DNA of 32,577 nucleotides from NCBI RefSeq assembly GCF_001194135.2, contig NC_068988.1:31004515-31037091 (forward strand), read 5' to 3'. Origin of the DNA: Octopus bimaculoides. Lineage: Eukaryota. The translations under genes were made by a program, and so were the position numbers. The notes under the pieces are model-generated. The model was not told the origin of the DNA. It ran no database searches and saw nothing but the letters and a program-made list of their open reading frames with translations. Below are positions 1 through 11,585 of the stretch, piece by piece. The first letter of the stretch is position 1. Every line of letters starts with the position of its first letter.

Positions 1-128
1 GAAGCATGTGACCATGCCGGTGTAAAGGGAAGAGAGAGAGTGGTAGAGGGAGAAAGAGAGGGAGGAAGTAGAAGAATGGTGAGCAACGAGAGGAAAAAAG
101 AAAAAGAGGAAATACGAGGGGGAAAAAA

Positions 129-207
129 GAGATACGTAGTAGTAACAGAGGAAGAACAAGAGGGGTGAGGCGAGATACGTAGTAGTACAGAGGAAGAACG
201 AGGGGGG
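129..207. repeat. 43-bp-period tandem duplication within purine-rich low-complexity sequence (1-240)
   Basis: GAGATACGTAGTAGT(A)ACAGAGGAAGAAC occurs at 129 and again at 172. Confidence 0.8.
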
Positions 208-1041
208 AGAAGGAAAGAGAAAGAGAAAGAGATAGAGTAGCGTCGGAGGAATGTTTACGAAAACTACTTACAATTTTTGTGAGACGCTGCGTTCAATCAT
301 GTAAAAACAAAAATAAACAATTCATATTGTTTATGTCGCCAATGTAAACAAAGGAACACTTCATTGTTTCTGAAGTTTCTTTCTTTACTAAAGTAAAGAG
401 TTATAAAAATCATATCTTTCGAAGTTCACTGAAATAATCACCATCAGCATAAGGTTTTGGTGCTATTTGATAATTAAAAGATGGGATGTTTATAAAACAT
501 GAAAAAATGTGTCTAATTAAGCGAAGAAAATATTTATGCCACAATAACTTTTGAGAAGATAGATAATAAACCTATAAAAGATCAATCACTAATGATTATC
601 TATACAATGGACCTCGCTCTCTGTTACACAATCAACAACAGGAAGTTGTTGTTGTGCCAACTCAATATTAATTAACCACCTTATGCTTAAACGTCTAAAA
701 GAACACCTGAGTATTTCTTGTTTAAACTTGTCCTTCCTTTCAAATTATTGAGTTTCTGTTTGCGTATTCTTTATATTACTTTTCATTTGTGAGTAAATGG
801 CCTTTAATGAATATTATATCTATTAATATGAGCTTAAAGGGATGACCTGGTGGCTCTCAGTTATGTTCTAGGTTACGGCTAGCCGCATTGGTTAGTGTTT
901 GATGCCTTTGACTATCATGAGTTCTCACACACGCTGTAAATTCCACCGAAGCACGTGAAGGTCGTAATACTATAGAAATATGCTGTATGAAATTGCAAAA
1001 TAAAAGGAAATAAATTTTGAGATAAAGCAAATCTCCATATT

Positions 1042-1425
1042 CTATATCGTTATAAATATACCATATGGTGTTTGTCTACTCCTTATGCAGATTCTGACCA
1101 CCTCTTGTACCGATACCTTAGATACATCATGGCGTCTGATGTGGCTTTTTAAACCAGACAATGTTCTGAAATGACACCCATATAGATTGCATATCCGATT
1201 TGGACCAACAAGAGCTGCAGTTAATTTCTGATCTTTGTGGGTCTTAAAATGTCTTTTGACGCTTCCATTAGATTTGCAGACCTTATGGCATACACAACAT
1301 TGAAAGGTGTGCACAGATATACAGGCAGAATAGTTGTAGGAAGCTCGTTTGTCGTGGGTCCTCAAATGAGATTTGAGCCCAGCAAAAGAAAGGCTTAGTC
1401 TGTCACAAACTGTGCATAAAAAAGA
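1042..1425 (-). pseudogene. Fragment encoding three C2H2 zinc fingers (third degenerate); probably a retrotransposon 3' end or decayed ZNF exon
   Basis: The open frame extends 20 codons upstream of the ORF-track start: CTVCDRLSLSFAGLKSHLRTH, CCVCHKVCKSNGSVKRHFKTH and CNLYGCHFRTLSGLKSHIRRH fit C-x2-C-x12-H-x3-H, with C->Y in finger 3. No TGEKP linkers and no ATG; bounded by TGA at 1426-1428 and a GA microsatellite. Confidence 0.7.
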
Positions 1426-2844
1426 TCACGATTAACCTCTCTCTTTCTCTTTTCTCTCTCTCTCTTTTCTTTCTCCCTCTTTATCTGTCTGTCTGTCTAT
1501 CTCTCTCAACATATATATATATATATANNNNNNNNNNNNNNNNNNNNNNNNNNNNNNNNNNNNNNNNNNNNNNNNNNNNNNNNNNNNNNNNNNNNNNNNN
1601 NNNNNNNNNNNNNNNNNNNNNNNNNNNNNNNNNNNNNNNNNNNNNNNNNNNNNNNNNNNNNNNNNNNNNNNNNNNNNNNNNNNNNNNNNNNNNNNNNNNN
1701 NNNNNNNNNNNNNNNNNNNNNNNNNNNNNNNNNNNNNNNNNNNNNNNNNNNNNNNNNNNNNNNNNNNNNNNNNNNNNNNNNNNNNNNNNNNNNNNNNNNN
1801 NNNNNNNNNNNNNNNNNNNNNNNNNNNNNNNNNNNNNNNNNNNNNNNNNNNNNNNNNNNNNNNNNNNNNNNNNNNNNNNNNNNNNNNNNNNNNNNNNNNN
1901 NNNNNNNNNNNNNNNNNNNNNNNNNNNNNNNNNNNGTATAATTTTAGGCATTGTAACAGAAACTGGTCAATTAATTGTAGGATCACAAAAAAGGTAATTA
2001 TCAGAATAACTTCCGGTTGCTGAATATGATACATACACTAACATCAAGTTAATAAAAAAATCACTCTTCATTGATTTCAGTCTTTTTTTTTTTTTCTGGA
2101 TGATAATCAAGGTACGTTTTAATTGCCAAAATGTGCCGTAAACAAAATCACTAAGTAACACATATCCAAGTTCTTAATTCAGTCTCGTAAAGAAAAAAAA
2201 AACAGTGTATATTAAACAATAATAATTAGTTGAAAGGTTTTTTTTTTTCTTTTCTTTTTACATCGTACAAAAGAGGTTTGGAGGCGGCAAAACGTTATTC
2301 AGACCCAATTCATAAACATTCCATGCTTTTTTCTGTGTTTGCAGTATATCTGAAATTTTAAATAACGACGCTAACAATTTACTAATAATCCAAATATCAA
2401 AGCATTCAAGAGAGAAAGGAAGAACAACATAAGGACTCAAGTTTAAAAAGTGTTAAAGAAACTGAAATAACCTGACAACAGCATCTAGAGTTAGAATGAA
2501 AGTAAGTTAGAATAGTTCACTTACTTTTACTAGGGCGGAAAAAAATCTAATGGTATTGTTTTAAGAACATCTTTTTTGAAGCCAATATTAAAAAGATTCA
2601 ACTGATTGCATCAATCTGTAAAAGTGTCCTAAATATATTCTTCAATTATCCAAACATGGAAAAAGAGACATCAAAAGGTAGAAGATATTTTTCCCAGTGA
2701 GACACCTGTGATTGATCGATTTTCAAGATAAAGTGAAGTATACTTAGCAACTCCGTAACAGTCATGAATCTTAAAGGTAAGTGGATTAATGTTATTAGGA
2801 ATCGAAAGAGAAATAGTAACTACAATGGGTTATCAATTATCTTT

Positions 2845-3060
2845 TATTTGATTCAGCCATTTGACTGCGATGATGCTGGGACACGGCCCTGAAGGGTTTT
2901 ACACGAAAAAATTGACTCTAGGACATAATCTTTTAACCCTAGTAAATATTCCATAGGTCTCTTAGTGCCGAACCGCTAAGTTACGAGGTAGTAAACACAC
3001 CAACACCGGTGGTCAAGCAGTAACGGGGGAACAATCACACACACATACATGCAAGGCCTT
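2845..3060 (-). mobile_element. SINE 3' half (same family as 19411-19825)
   Basis: Reverse complement contains GGTGTGTTTAC..CGTAACTTAGCGGTTCGGCA..AGAGACC, which matches the 19620-19820 copy. Confidence 0.75.
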
Positions 3061-3689
3061 CTGCTGATATGCTCTCATCATTTTATCTGATTATATATAT
3101 ATGTACAGTAGACTCGTGCAACATCTTTGAGCGCGTATTCGAGGTTATCAGGCCATATATATATATATATATTGTGTATATATATGAAAGCATATATGTA
3201 TGTATCTACATATATAAATACACACATACTAATTAATTTTTAGAAAATTACTATTTTTAAATCTCACAATGTGAGATATTCAGCAACAGTACTTTGTAGT
3301 AAAGATTGTTTGCCAAAATAACATGGCAGTTCTGGTTTAGGATGAATGTTGCTGTAATTTAGCCACAGGAGATATCTCTTTATTATGGCTACACAGGGCT
3401 AAAAACAGAAAGTGGACAAAATNNNNNNNNNNNGGGGGTGAAAGGAAGGGGTAGGATTTCGATCAAAAGGGAACGTGAAAAAAAAACATGTGGAAAGCCG
3501 ATCAATAGGGATCGTGTATCACAGTCAATGTAAAAGTGGGGAATAGATTAGGTTTATCCGTGGGGAGAAAAGCATAACGGAAAAGACCACGGTCACCTCA
3601 GGCAGTTTTTCTTTTTAAGTTACATGAAAGTAAGTACTTTTTCTCTCTTTGTCTCTTTTTCTTACATGTTTATGCTTAAACTGGTGCCG

Positions 3690-3980
3690 TCTTTCGTACT
3701 TACCATTCTTTCCACATTTACTCATTTTTAATTGAAACATTCATTCGGTAACACTTTCCTCTCTATTCTCATCCTCCTATTCAATTGGTACTTGAAAAAG
3801 TTGACGAGAGACTGACCAGAGAGGCAAGCGTTTGTTTGTAAACCTTTCAAACACGTCCGCCACAAGCATTCTTTCGCTATAACTATCAGTGTTACGAAAA
3901 CTGTTTTTCCTTCACGTTTAAAGGAAGGTGGCGGAACAATATTCACGTGCGACGAGTAGATGAACAAACGTAGGTAAGTG
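3690..3980. promoter_or_regulatory. Candidate CpG-rich promoter/first-exon region with splice donors on both strands
   Basis: 12 CpGs in 3800-3971; CACGTG at 3944; + donor TAG|GTAAGT at 3973/3974; - donor ATG|GTAAGT at 3704/3703. Confidence 0.35.
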
Positions 3981-4300
3981 TGGAAACAGGAATTCTATAC
4001 ATATATATTTTTCATTGTTATACATATGTACATATATGCTTGTGTATATGTACATACACACACATACACTCACAGACACACTCACACACATACGCACATA
4101 TACATTTATGCATTGTTAGGCATATGTATTGCTATTTTTGTATACTACTCATTTATATACTGCTTAGACATGTATATCTCGTTATAGATCGATATACCTA
4201 TAGAAAAATTGATCATATTTATGCCTTCATCTGGATGTATAGATAAAGTAAGTCATGCAGTTACATGCATGCATTTGTCACAATATTATACAATAAATGT

Positions 4301-4337
4301 GGAGGCGCAATGGCCCAGTGGTTAGGGCAGCGGACTC
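4301..4337 (+). mobile_element. tRNA-derived SINE head, cut by an assembly gap
   Basis: GGAGGCGCAATGGCCCAGTGGTTAGGGCAGCGGACTC with a Pol III A-box-like TGGCCCAGTGG; N run follows. Confidence 0.7.
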
Positions 4338-4437
4338 NNNNNNNNNNNNNNNNNNNNNNNNNNNNNNNNNNNNNNNNNNNNNNNNNNNNNNNNNNNNNNN
4401 NNNNNNNNNNNNNNNNNNNNNNNNNNNNNNNNNNNNN

Positions 4438-4886
4438 CCTCTCTGGCTAAATAAACCTGTCCCCTAGCTTCCCTTCTGGCAGTCTGATACGATTCCCTGC
4501 TACCACTGTTCTTCCAGCCCTTCCAAGCCTATTTCTTTTCCCTAATGGCCATGTCAACACCATTGTTCCACCACCATGTTACCTTGGGTCGGGAAGGGGA
4601 CTTTGCACCATCCACAGATCTGGTCAGTGACTCTCAGCAGGTTGTCCCATAGAAACCGCCAGTTGTCTTCCGCATCATGTGATGCTACATCTCCCTCTAT
4701 TTCGTGAAAAGCTTCGAGTAATATGTCTCTAAATCTCTGTCCATTCGCAGGATCTTTAAGCTTCCAGACCTTTCTCCTCCAAGCTGGGTGTCTTCTCGGC
4801 ATCCATTTAGTCCTGATCCTGAAGTCACTAACTACTAGTCTATGTTGCTGGGTAAGCAGCCATCTTTCCCTTTGTCTAGTGAGGAA
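4438..4886 (-). mobile_element. RTE-type LINE ORF2 fragment (end of APE endonuclease and linker), decayed
   Basis: Translates FLTRQRERWLL/TQQHRLVVSDFRIR..WRRKVWKLKDPAN..WRFLWDNLL..ICGWCKVP, frameshift, PKVTWWWNNGVDMAIREKK*AWKGWK..YQTARREAR. It has an in-frame stop, a frameshift and an apparent internal deletion before QHRLVV. Confidence 0.85.
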
Positions 4887-4936
4887 AATATATGTATATA
4901 TTTATACATACATATATACATACATATATACATACA

Positions 4937-5034
4937 CATCATCATCATCGTTTAACGTCCACTTTCCATGCTAGTAGTCAAATCATCCAACCCATGCTAG
5001 CATGGAAAGCAGATGTTAAACGATGATGATGATG
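4937..5034. repeat. Inverted repeat formed by two back-to-back retroposon 3' tails
   Basis: 38-bp arms at 4937-4974 and 4997-5034 with 3 mismatches and a 22-nt loop. Confidence 0.9.
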
Positions 5035-5246
5035 TATATGTATGTATATATGTATATGTATGTATGCATATATGTATATGTATGTATATATGTATGCATG
5101 TATGTATGTATATATGTTTGTATATATGTATATGTATGTATGCATATATGTATGTATATATATATGTATATGTATATATATGTATGTATGTTTATGTATG
5201 TATATATATATGTATACATATATGTATATATGTATATGTATGTGTA
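5035..5246. repeat. (TATG/TA)n compound microsatellite running into a gap
   Basis: Directly visible; source of several spurious Y/I/V/M/C-rich ORFs. Confidence 0.95.
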
Positions 5247-5641
5247 NNNNNNNNNNNNNNNNNNNNNNNNNNNNNNNNNNNNNNNNNNNNNNNNNNNNNN
5301 NNNNNNNNNNNNNNNNNNNNNNNNNNNNNNNNNNNNNNNNNNNNNNNNNNNNNNNNNNNNNNNNNNNNNNNNNNNNNNNNNNNNNNNNNNNNNNNNNNNN
5401 NNNNNNNNNNNNNNNNNNNNNNNNNNNNNNNNNNNNNNNNNNNNNNNNNNNNNNNNNNNNNNNNNNNNNNNNNNNNNNNNNNNNNNNNNNNNNNNNNNNN
5501 NNNNNNNNNNNNNNNNNNNNNNNNNNNNNNNNNNNNNNNNNNNNNNNNNNNNNNNNNNNNNNNNNNNNNNNNNNNNNNNNNNNNNNNNNNNNNNNNNNNN
5601 NNNNNNNNNNNNNNNNNNNNNNNNNNNNNNNNNNNNNNNNN

Positions 5642-5668
<27 letters not shown>

Positions 5669-5674
<6 letters not shown>

Positions 5675-5790
5675 TCTTTTTTTAGTTTCCAAAGTACTGG
5701 AGTTTTTTTTGTTTGACAACTAGAAGTTTTCAGGGCAGTGTCCTAACATGGTTGAATTCGAATGACTGAAACAAGTAAAAAATAAAAGAA
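5669..5790 (+). mobile_element. SINE 3' remnant
   Basis: Ends in AATGACTGAAACAAGTAAAAAATAAAAGAAT, like the 19790-19825 tail. Confidence 0.6.
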
Positions 5791-6180
5791 TATATACATA
5801 CATACATATGTGTATGTGTGCATATATGTTTGTATGCTGTTCAAAAACAAATGAAGCTATAGATAATAGCTCATAATATATCAAATAAAAATATTTCTTA
5901 CAAAACTAGATGGAATCCCCTCTGAGAATCAAATATATTTGTCATATGCCAGCTTGCCATAATGCCTCTACACCTAAGGGGACCTCTTGAATGCCAGGTA
6001 TTAATTAAAAGTTCTATCTGTATAAGCAGGAAAGTGAGTAGTATATTTTTGGGTTTGGTTGAAGATTGAAAAATCTGATAATTGTCTTTTTAAGAGACTG
6101 TTCAATTGCAGATAAAACTATAAATAAAAGCTATTATTTATATTTTTATTTGCATTTGAGCAATACAAACACACACACAC

Positions 6181-6650
6181 ACATCATCATTAATCATCTG
6201 CTTTCCATGCTGGCATGGGTTGGACAGTTTGACAGGAGCTGACTAGGTGGAAGACTGCACCATGCTTCCCTGTCTGTTTTGGCATGGTTTCTATGACTGG
6301 ATGCCCTTCCTAGCACCAACCACTCCACAGAGTGGACTGAGTTCTTTTTATATGGCATGAGCACAAGCTAACTCAGTTTTGGCATGATTTTTTTTACAGC
6401 AATATGCCCTTCCAAACACCAACTACTTTACAGTGTGGACAGGAGGCTTTTTATGTGGCACCAGCACTGGCAGGATCACCAAGTAACTTGCAAGACAAAG
6501 GTCTTTGAGAGGGCATGGGGTATTGGAGGAGGTGATCCTGTGCCAGATGAAAGGTTAGAGTGTGACAGAGAGATAGAAACAAGTGTCATGCTGTAAAGAA
6601 GATACATGGTTACCCAGTCATAGAGAGAGAGAAAGAAAGAGAGCCATGTG
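6181..6650 (-). mobile_element. Short retroposon with (CAT)n tail and duplicated GGAAGGGCATCCAGC module
   Basis: Reverse complement is collinear with 25890-26352. Confidence 0.8.
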
Positions 6651-6688
6651 GTTACTTCATTTAAATTGAATCATTAGACACACACCAC

Positions 6689-6722
<34 letters not shown>

Positions 6723-6728
6723 TATTGT

Positions 6729-7062
6729 GAAGGCGCTTGGCTTAGTGGTTAGAGTGTTGAGCTTACAATCATGAGGTTATGAGTTCGATTCCTGGACTGG
6801 GCTGTGTGTTGTGTTCTTGAACAAGACACTTTATTTCATGTTGCTCCAGTTCACTGTAGAAATGAGTTGCAATGTCACTGGTGCCAAACTGGATTGGCCT
6901 TTGCCTTTCCCTTGGATAGCATCGGTGCCATGGAGAGGGAAGTCCACTATGTGTAGACGACTGCTGGTCTTCCATAAACAATCTTGTCTGGACTTGTGCC
7001 TTGGAGGGTATCTTTCTAGGTGCAATCCCATGGTCATTCATGGCCGAAGGGGGTCACCTTCA
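6729..7062 (+). mobile_element. Full-length tRNA-derived SINE
   Basis: A box TGGCTTAGTGG, B box GTTCGATTCC; collinear with the - strand copy at 14647-14969. Confidence 0.85.
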
Positions 7063-7094
7063 CCCTTATCACTATTGACCAGATGTTGTACATA

Positions 7095-7250
7095 CTGCAA
7101 GTCACAATGTTCTTCCTTGCGTTGTTGTAGCTTTCAAATGATGCCACCCCTACTGGCTAGGTGGACAGGCCAACATTTTCCCTGAATGGAATGCTAGTTT
7201 GTTGCAGGGTTACCCATTTACAGCTGAGTGGGCTGGGGCGACATGAAAAG
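7095..7250 (-). mobile_element. SINE fragment
   Basis: Shares ACAGCTGAGTG(G/A)..CTGG with the 14845-14870 segment; family not resolved. Confidence 0.45.
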
Positions 7251-7899
7251 CTTTACCAGCAGCTACACCACCTCATCTCTCACTGATCATGCCATCACTT
7301 TTCTAATTACCTGCATTATTCTGCTGTTGTAATAAAATGAGAAAAGAGCTACATATGTCATCATCCCTTTCTATATTATCTCTCCCTCTCCTCTGAACCA
7401 CTTCCTTTTAATATCCATTCCTTATTCTTAACATGGTCCTTGGTCATTCATATTTTTTTTTTTCATATTCCCCTTCTATACTGCAGTCATTACCCCCATC
7501 TTCTCCCAAACTCCTTCCTATTATAGTTTTGTTGGTCATCTCCTATAACACCACCTCATGACTATTGTCAATCACACCCACTTCTTTGTTCTTCAACATT
7601 CACTTCTGAACACCTTCACTTCTATCTCTGTCTGTCTTCACACTCTTTCAACCTTTATTCATCCTTTCCACTCCTCACCTCCCTATCTCTTATCCCTTCA
7701 TCTCTCCTCTAACTTTTATTCTGCTGCTCATCATCCTTTCTCTACTGCCAGTCATCACATTCTCTTCCCCTAAACCCTTCTATTGTCATCCGTCTCTCAT
7801 TCTTATAGCTATTTTCCCAACTCAGATTGAACATTGATCCTCCCCTTCCATAGTTCACTCACCACTACATTCACTCTTACTCTTATTCCTAACCATAAT

Positions 7900-8073
7900 T
7901 ACACTCTCGGAGTGGTTGGCATTAGGAAGGGCATCCAGCTGTAGAAACTCTGCCAAATCAGATTGGAGCCTGGTGTAGCCATCTGGTTTCACCAGTCCTC
8001 AGTCAAATCGCCCAACCCATGCTAGCATGGAAAGCAGACGTTAACCGATGATGATGATGATGATGATGATGAT
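7900..8073 (+). mobile_element. Retroposon 3' terminal module with (GAT)n tail
   Basis: Closely matches 22016-22170 and the reverse complement of 23207-23382. Confidence 0.85.
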
Positions 8074-9380
8074 CTCTCACTGCCCCCAAGCACACTTGCA
8101 AATTTTAGCCACCTACCCATTCTGTTCTTCCTCCATGCTTTCTTCTCTTCACCTTCTTCTTCTGTGATGGTATGCTCTGATACTTTTTCACTACCAATTT
8201 TGTCTCCATTTCCAGCTCCACCCTAGTTGCTCCCATCCATTCTTATACAATGGAGTAAACATGTATCTCCTCTATAACAAGCCTGTTCCTGTTCTTTCTA
8301 GCATACTTTAACCTCTCAACATTTTGCATAAAAACCACTGCCCTCCCTTGTACTTCCTCTCAGTTAGATAGGCTCTTTAACTACTGAGTTACATGGAAAC
8401 CTCACATAAAAAGTACCTGTACTTTTAGTAAAATGTTTAGCATTAGGAAGGCCATCCAACTATAGAAACTATGTATGTATACGAATATGTGTGTATACAT
8501 AAAGATATATGAGTAAATATATATGTGTTTAGCACATGTACACTTTATAAAATGTTTGGCATTAGGAAAGGCATTCAGAAACTATGCCAAACTATATAAG
8601 TGTATACATAAATATGTGTGTATTATCATCATATGAGTATATATGTGTTTGTGTTTATATATGTATGTGTTAACACACACATACATGTATGCATATGTAC
8701 GCATGCTCGTGTGCAGTGTGTATGTGTTCGCATACGAGATACAATTAAGTCAAGTGGATAATGACAATGAGAATTCGTAGTAAAGCTATCATTTTCCATT
8801 CAACATCCTACATGTAATAAATGTACCGAGATAGGAAAAAAGTGAGAGAAGGATAAAAAAAATATCAACGATAGAAAATAAAATACACTATTTTTACTCA
8901 TAATTGACATTACTGAACACATTTTGTAACTGCTCTGTTGTTGCTGTTTTGTTCCCTCCTTCTCCTTCTTATCAAAATGTTCAACTGTTATTTCTATATC
9001 GAAACTAATCAGTGTATGTATATTCGTTAGGCTGTGTTTCTGTGCGAGCGTGTATTTGCTAATGTTATCTGAGTAGCCGAATCGATTTTAATTATTCATT
9101 CAGAACCGCCTCCCTTGGGTCACAAAACCGGGGTATTGGTGATGTACACACGTGTTAGATTAGATATAAAAATAAGATAACAGTCAATGGGTTCAGGATG
9201 AAATTAAATGCTTTTAACGTAAGCTTTAATTAATTTTTATTTTGTTTTTCACCTTTTAAATCTATGAAAATCTATTGATCTCTGACACAGGAACAAAGGT
9301 TTCATCTGATTTATAGAAAACCACTGCATGGTGTTCAAACTCCTTTTGAAGGGCATAAAACGACGTAAATGTCGACTATA

Positions 9381-9600
9381 CAGTGTTGGTCAAAAGTCGC
9401 CCGACAGTAAATCAAAACCATTTAATTCCAAAATTTATTTATGTTTAACAACTGATTGAATTTAATAAAAGCATGTAAATATGAAACATCATGAAAATTG
9501 TTCAAACTGAAGTCCTTCTTGAGCGACACATTTTTCCATTCGAGTCAATACAGAATTACAGATAGTATTTTCCACTTTCCCTTTATGCTTATCAAATTCT
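9381..9600 (-). mobile_element. Tc1/mariner-superfamily transposon remnant (3' TIR and transposase C-terminus)
   Basis: TA|CAGTGTTGGTCAAAAG at 9379 resembles Tc1 TIR starts (CAGTGCTGGCCAAAAA). The - strand from 9600 to 9489 reads EFDKHKGKVENTICNSVLTRMEKCVAQEGLQFEQFS*, like ITm transposase C-termini. The other TIR was not found. Confidence 0.65.
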
Positions 9601-10369
9601 TACGTAGTTTCAATGTTACTAGCAAAGTAGTGTGATGAGATTCATTGATGCTCATGCATTGATGAAAAGCATAAACGATGTGAAGCGAAGTGAAACGGCT
9701 TTATATAGGAATTAAGACATCGTCATTATCTGTCATTAAGGAAATTGGAAGCTGTGACATTCAGGCCTTTTTCTGAAATTAATAGCAGCGTGGTTGAATT
9801 GGAACGGATGCAATTGGATCTTTTACGCAATTACTAGAAATAACAGCTAAATTTTCCTCCAGTTGTACCTTCCCGCCTCTTAAAATGAAAGAAGGACGGA
9901 TACATTGGATACACACTNNNNNNNNNNAGTTGTACCTTCCCGCCTCTTAAAATGAAAGAAGGACGGATACATTGGATACACACTTCATAAAAAGATAAAT
10001 AATAAAAGGAATTTTATGATCAGGAAGGTTTTTTTTTTTTTTTTCATTGGACTTATTCGATCAAAGATGACATCATGCTTAGCAACAATATCTTCCCTTG
10101 GAGTTTACGTATTTCTCCACTACTATTAGAAATATACAGGCTTATATCTACGTGCAATTAATCTTGTGAAATTAAGCCACACTAAGGATTTTTCAACAGT
10201 TTGGGATGAGGATCAAACCGACTAATTACCTTTTTTTAAAATTCATCAGGAATTACGTGCCTTCCCTCCTCACATAATGAGAGTTGTGAGCTTTTGATTA
10301 AAGCGTACACATGTATATGTGCTTGGGTATAAGCTCACTTGCATAATGGTACAAAGTTGACTACTAGAT

Positions 10370-10585
10370 ACAATGCACAAGGCCAGCAATCTTGAAGTGC
10401 AGGGTTAGTCGATACCATCAACCTCCGTATTTTACTGGTACTTTCTTTTATCAACCTTGGAGGGGTGGAAGGCAAAAACTATCCTCTCTGTAGAATATGA
10501 ACTTAGAACGCAAATAGCCAGAACAAATACCTCAAAACACTTCCTCCCGACGTTCTAACGATTTTCTGTCAATCTACTACCCTCT
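10370..10585 (-). mobile_element. tRNA-derived SINE, degenerate (family of 17625-18005, 26553-26753, 31110-32070)
   Basis: GCACAAGGCCAGCAAT..TACTGGTACTT..TTTTATCAACC is the reverse complement of the family core GATAAAATAAGTACCAGT..CTGGCCTTGTGC. Confidence 0.7.
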
Positions 10586-10769
10586 GTGAAACAATACTTA
10601 GGAGAGTAGCAATGAAATGTGGGTTATGGGTAAATATATATATCTATATATATAGTCTGCTACTGTGCAATTATTATTTTCGTTCAACGATCCAGGAGTT
10701 CTAGAAGTGGGAAATCAATATTTTATGTTGTCTGTTGCCTATTTTAGGGTATTATGCGTTGTTATTGCT

Positions 10770-11469
10770 TTGCTCCAGGTCAGCCCTAGTCGAATAAATA
10801 GATTTATAATCAAAGGCATATCAGTCATGACCACTCCACCTATTTTTGTTAGGACTGTATTAGCTTATGCATACTTCCTTTATTAAATTGTGTACTTCAA
10901 TGGAAATTTGGCAGCTATTTCTAGTAGTTGCATAACCATATAGAGGGTTCCTTGTTGGTTTGTATGGTCATTGATTAATGTTTAGCTCCAAGTCATCCCT
11001 GATCGAGCAGATCTGTGATCAAAGGTATCCCAGTCACGATCATCCTGTCTTTTTTTTTTTTTTAGTTCTAGTGTATCTAGGAAGACTATCTCATCTTATG
11101 TATCTTTCCTTTTTTTTTTTTTAAGATGTGTGGTTTAATGGAAATTTGGCTGCTATTTCTAGCAGATTGCGTAACTATATAGAGAGCATCCCGTTGGCTT
11201 GTATAATCACGAGTTATTTATGTATCCCTGATCAAGCAGATGTTTGATCAAAGTCAATTCAGTCGTGACTGTCTCGTATTTTTTAGTATGTTTGGAAGGG
11301 CATCCAGTCGTAGAAACCAAGCCAAATTCAGACTTGAACCTGGTGTAGCTCTCTGGCTTACCAGTTCTAGCCAAGCCGTCCAACCCATGTCAGCATGGAA
11401 AGCAAACGTTAAATGATGATGATGATGATTGATGTGTATTTTAGACTACATTATCAGGTGTGTCCATCC

Positions 11470-11512
<43 letters not shown>

Positions 11513-11585
11513 ACTAGTGTGTAATGTGAAGGTGATTTGCCTGCTATTTCTAGCAAGGCGAACGATGGCTAGAGACTCCCTCCTT
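10770..11585 (+). repeat. Tandem copies of an unclassified repeat (GGAAATTTGGCTGCTATTTCTAGCAG), interrupted by a retroposon tail at about 11290-11432
   Basis: The motif recurs at about 10903, 11139 and 11540; inverted copies lie at about 9830 and 12062. Confidence 0.7.

Noticed and set aside
264-300. Possible - strand first exon ATGATTGAACGCAGCGTCTCACAAAAATT|GTAAGT
   Set aside because: A single donor hexamer near the window edge, with no supporting downstream exon or homology.
2761-2782. GTCATGAATCTTAAAG|GTAAGT, which would join in phase to give VMNLKG-LIFD, like PLPP6 LMNLLFALLLD
   Set aside because: In-frame TGA at 2734, no GIPW-like sequence upstream and no good acceptor; probably chance.
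5013-5723. Long ORFs in the track (also 1432-2034, 3978-4246, 23002-23497, 24797-25385, 29564-29770)
   Set aside because: They are translations of TA/TG/CA microsatellites and N runs.
5882-5965. QIKIFLTKLDGIPSENQIYLSYASLP*, faintly ubiquitin/FUBI-like (GIPxxxQ)
   Set aside because: Only a 3-4 residue match, immediate stops and no flanking ubiquitin features.
6729-6800. tRNA-like A/B boxes (also 4301-4337)
   Set aside because: They continue into a multi-copy SINE body with no closed cloverleaf, so they are SINE heads, not tRNA genes.
9861-9984. Identical 57-bp direct repeat on either side of a 10-N gap
   Set aside because: Exact duplication across a small gap is typical of unmerged overlapping contig ends, so probably an assembly artefact.
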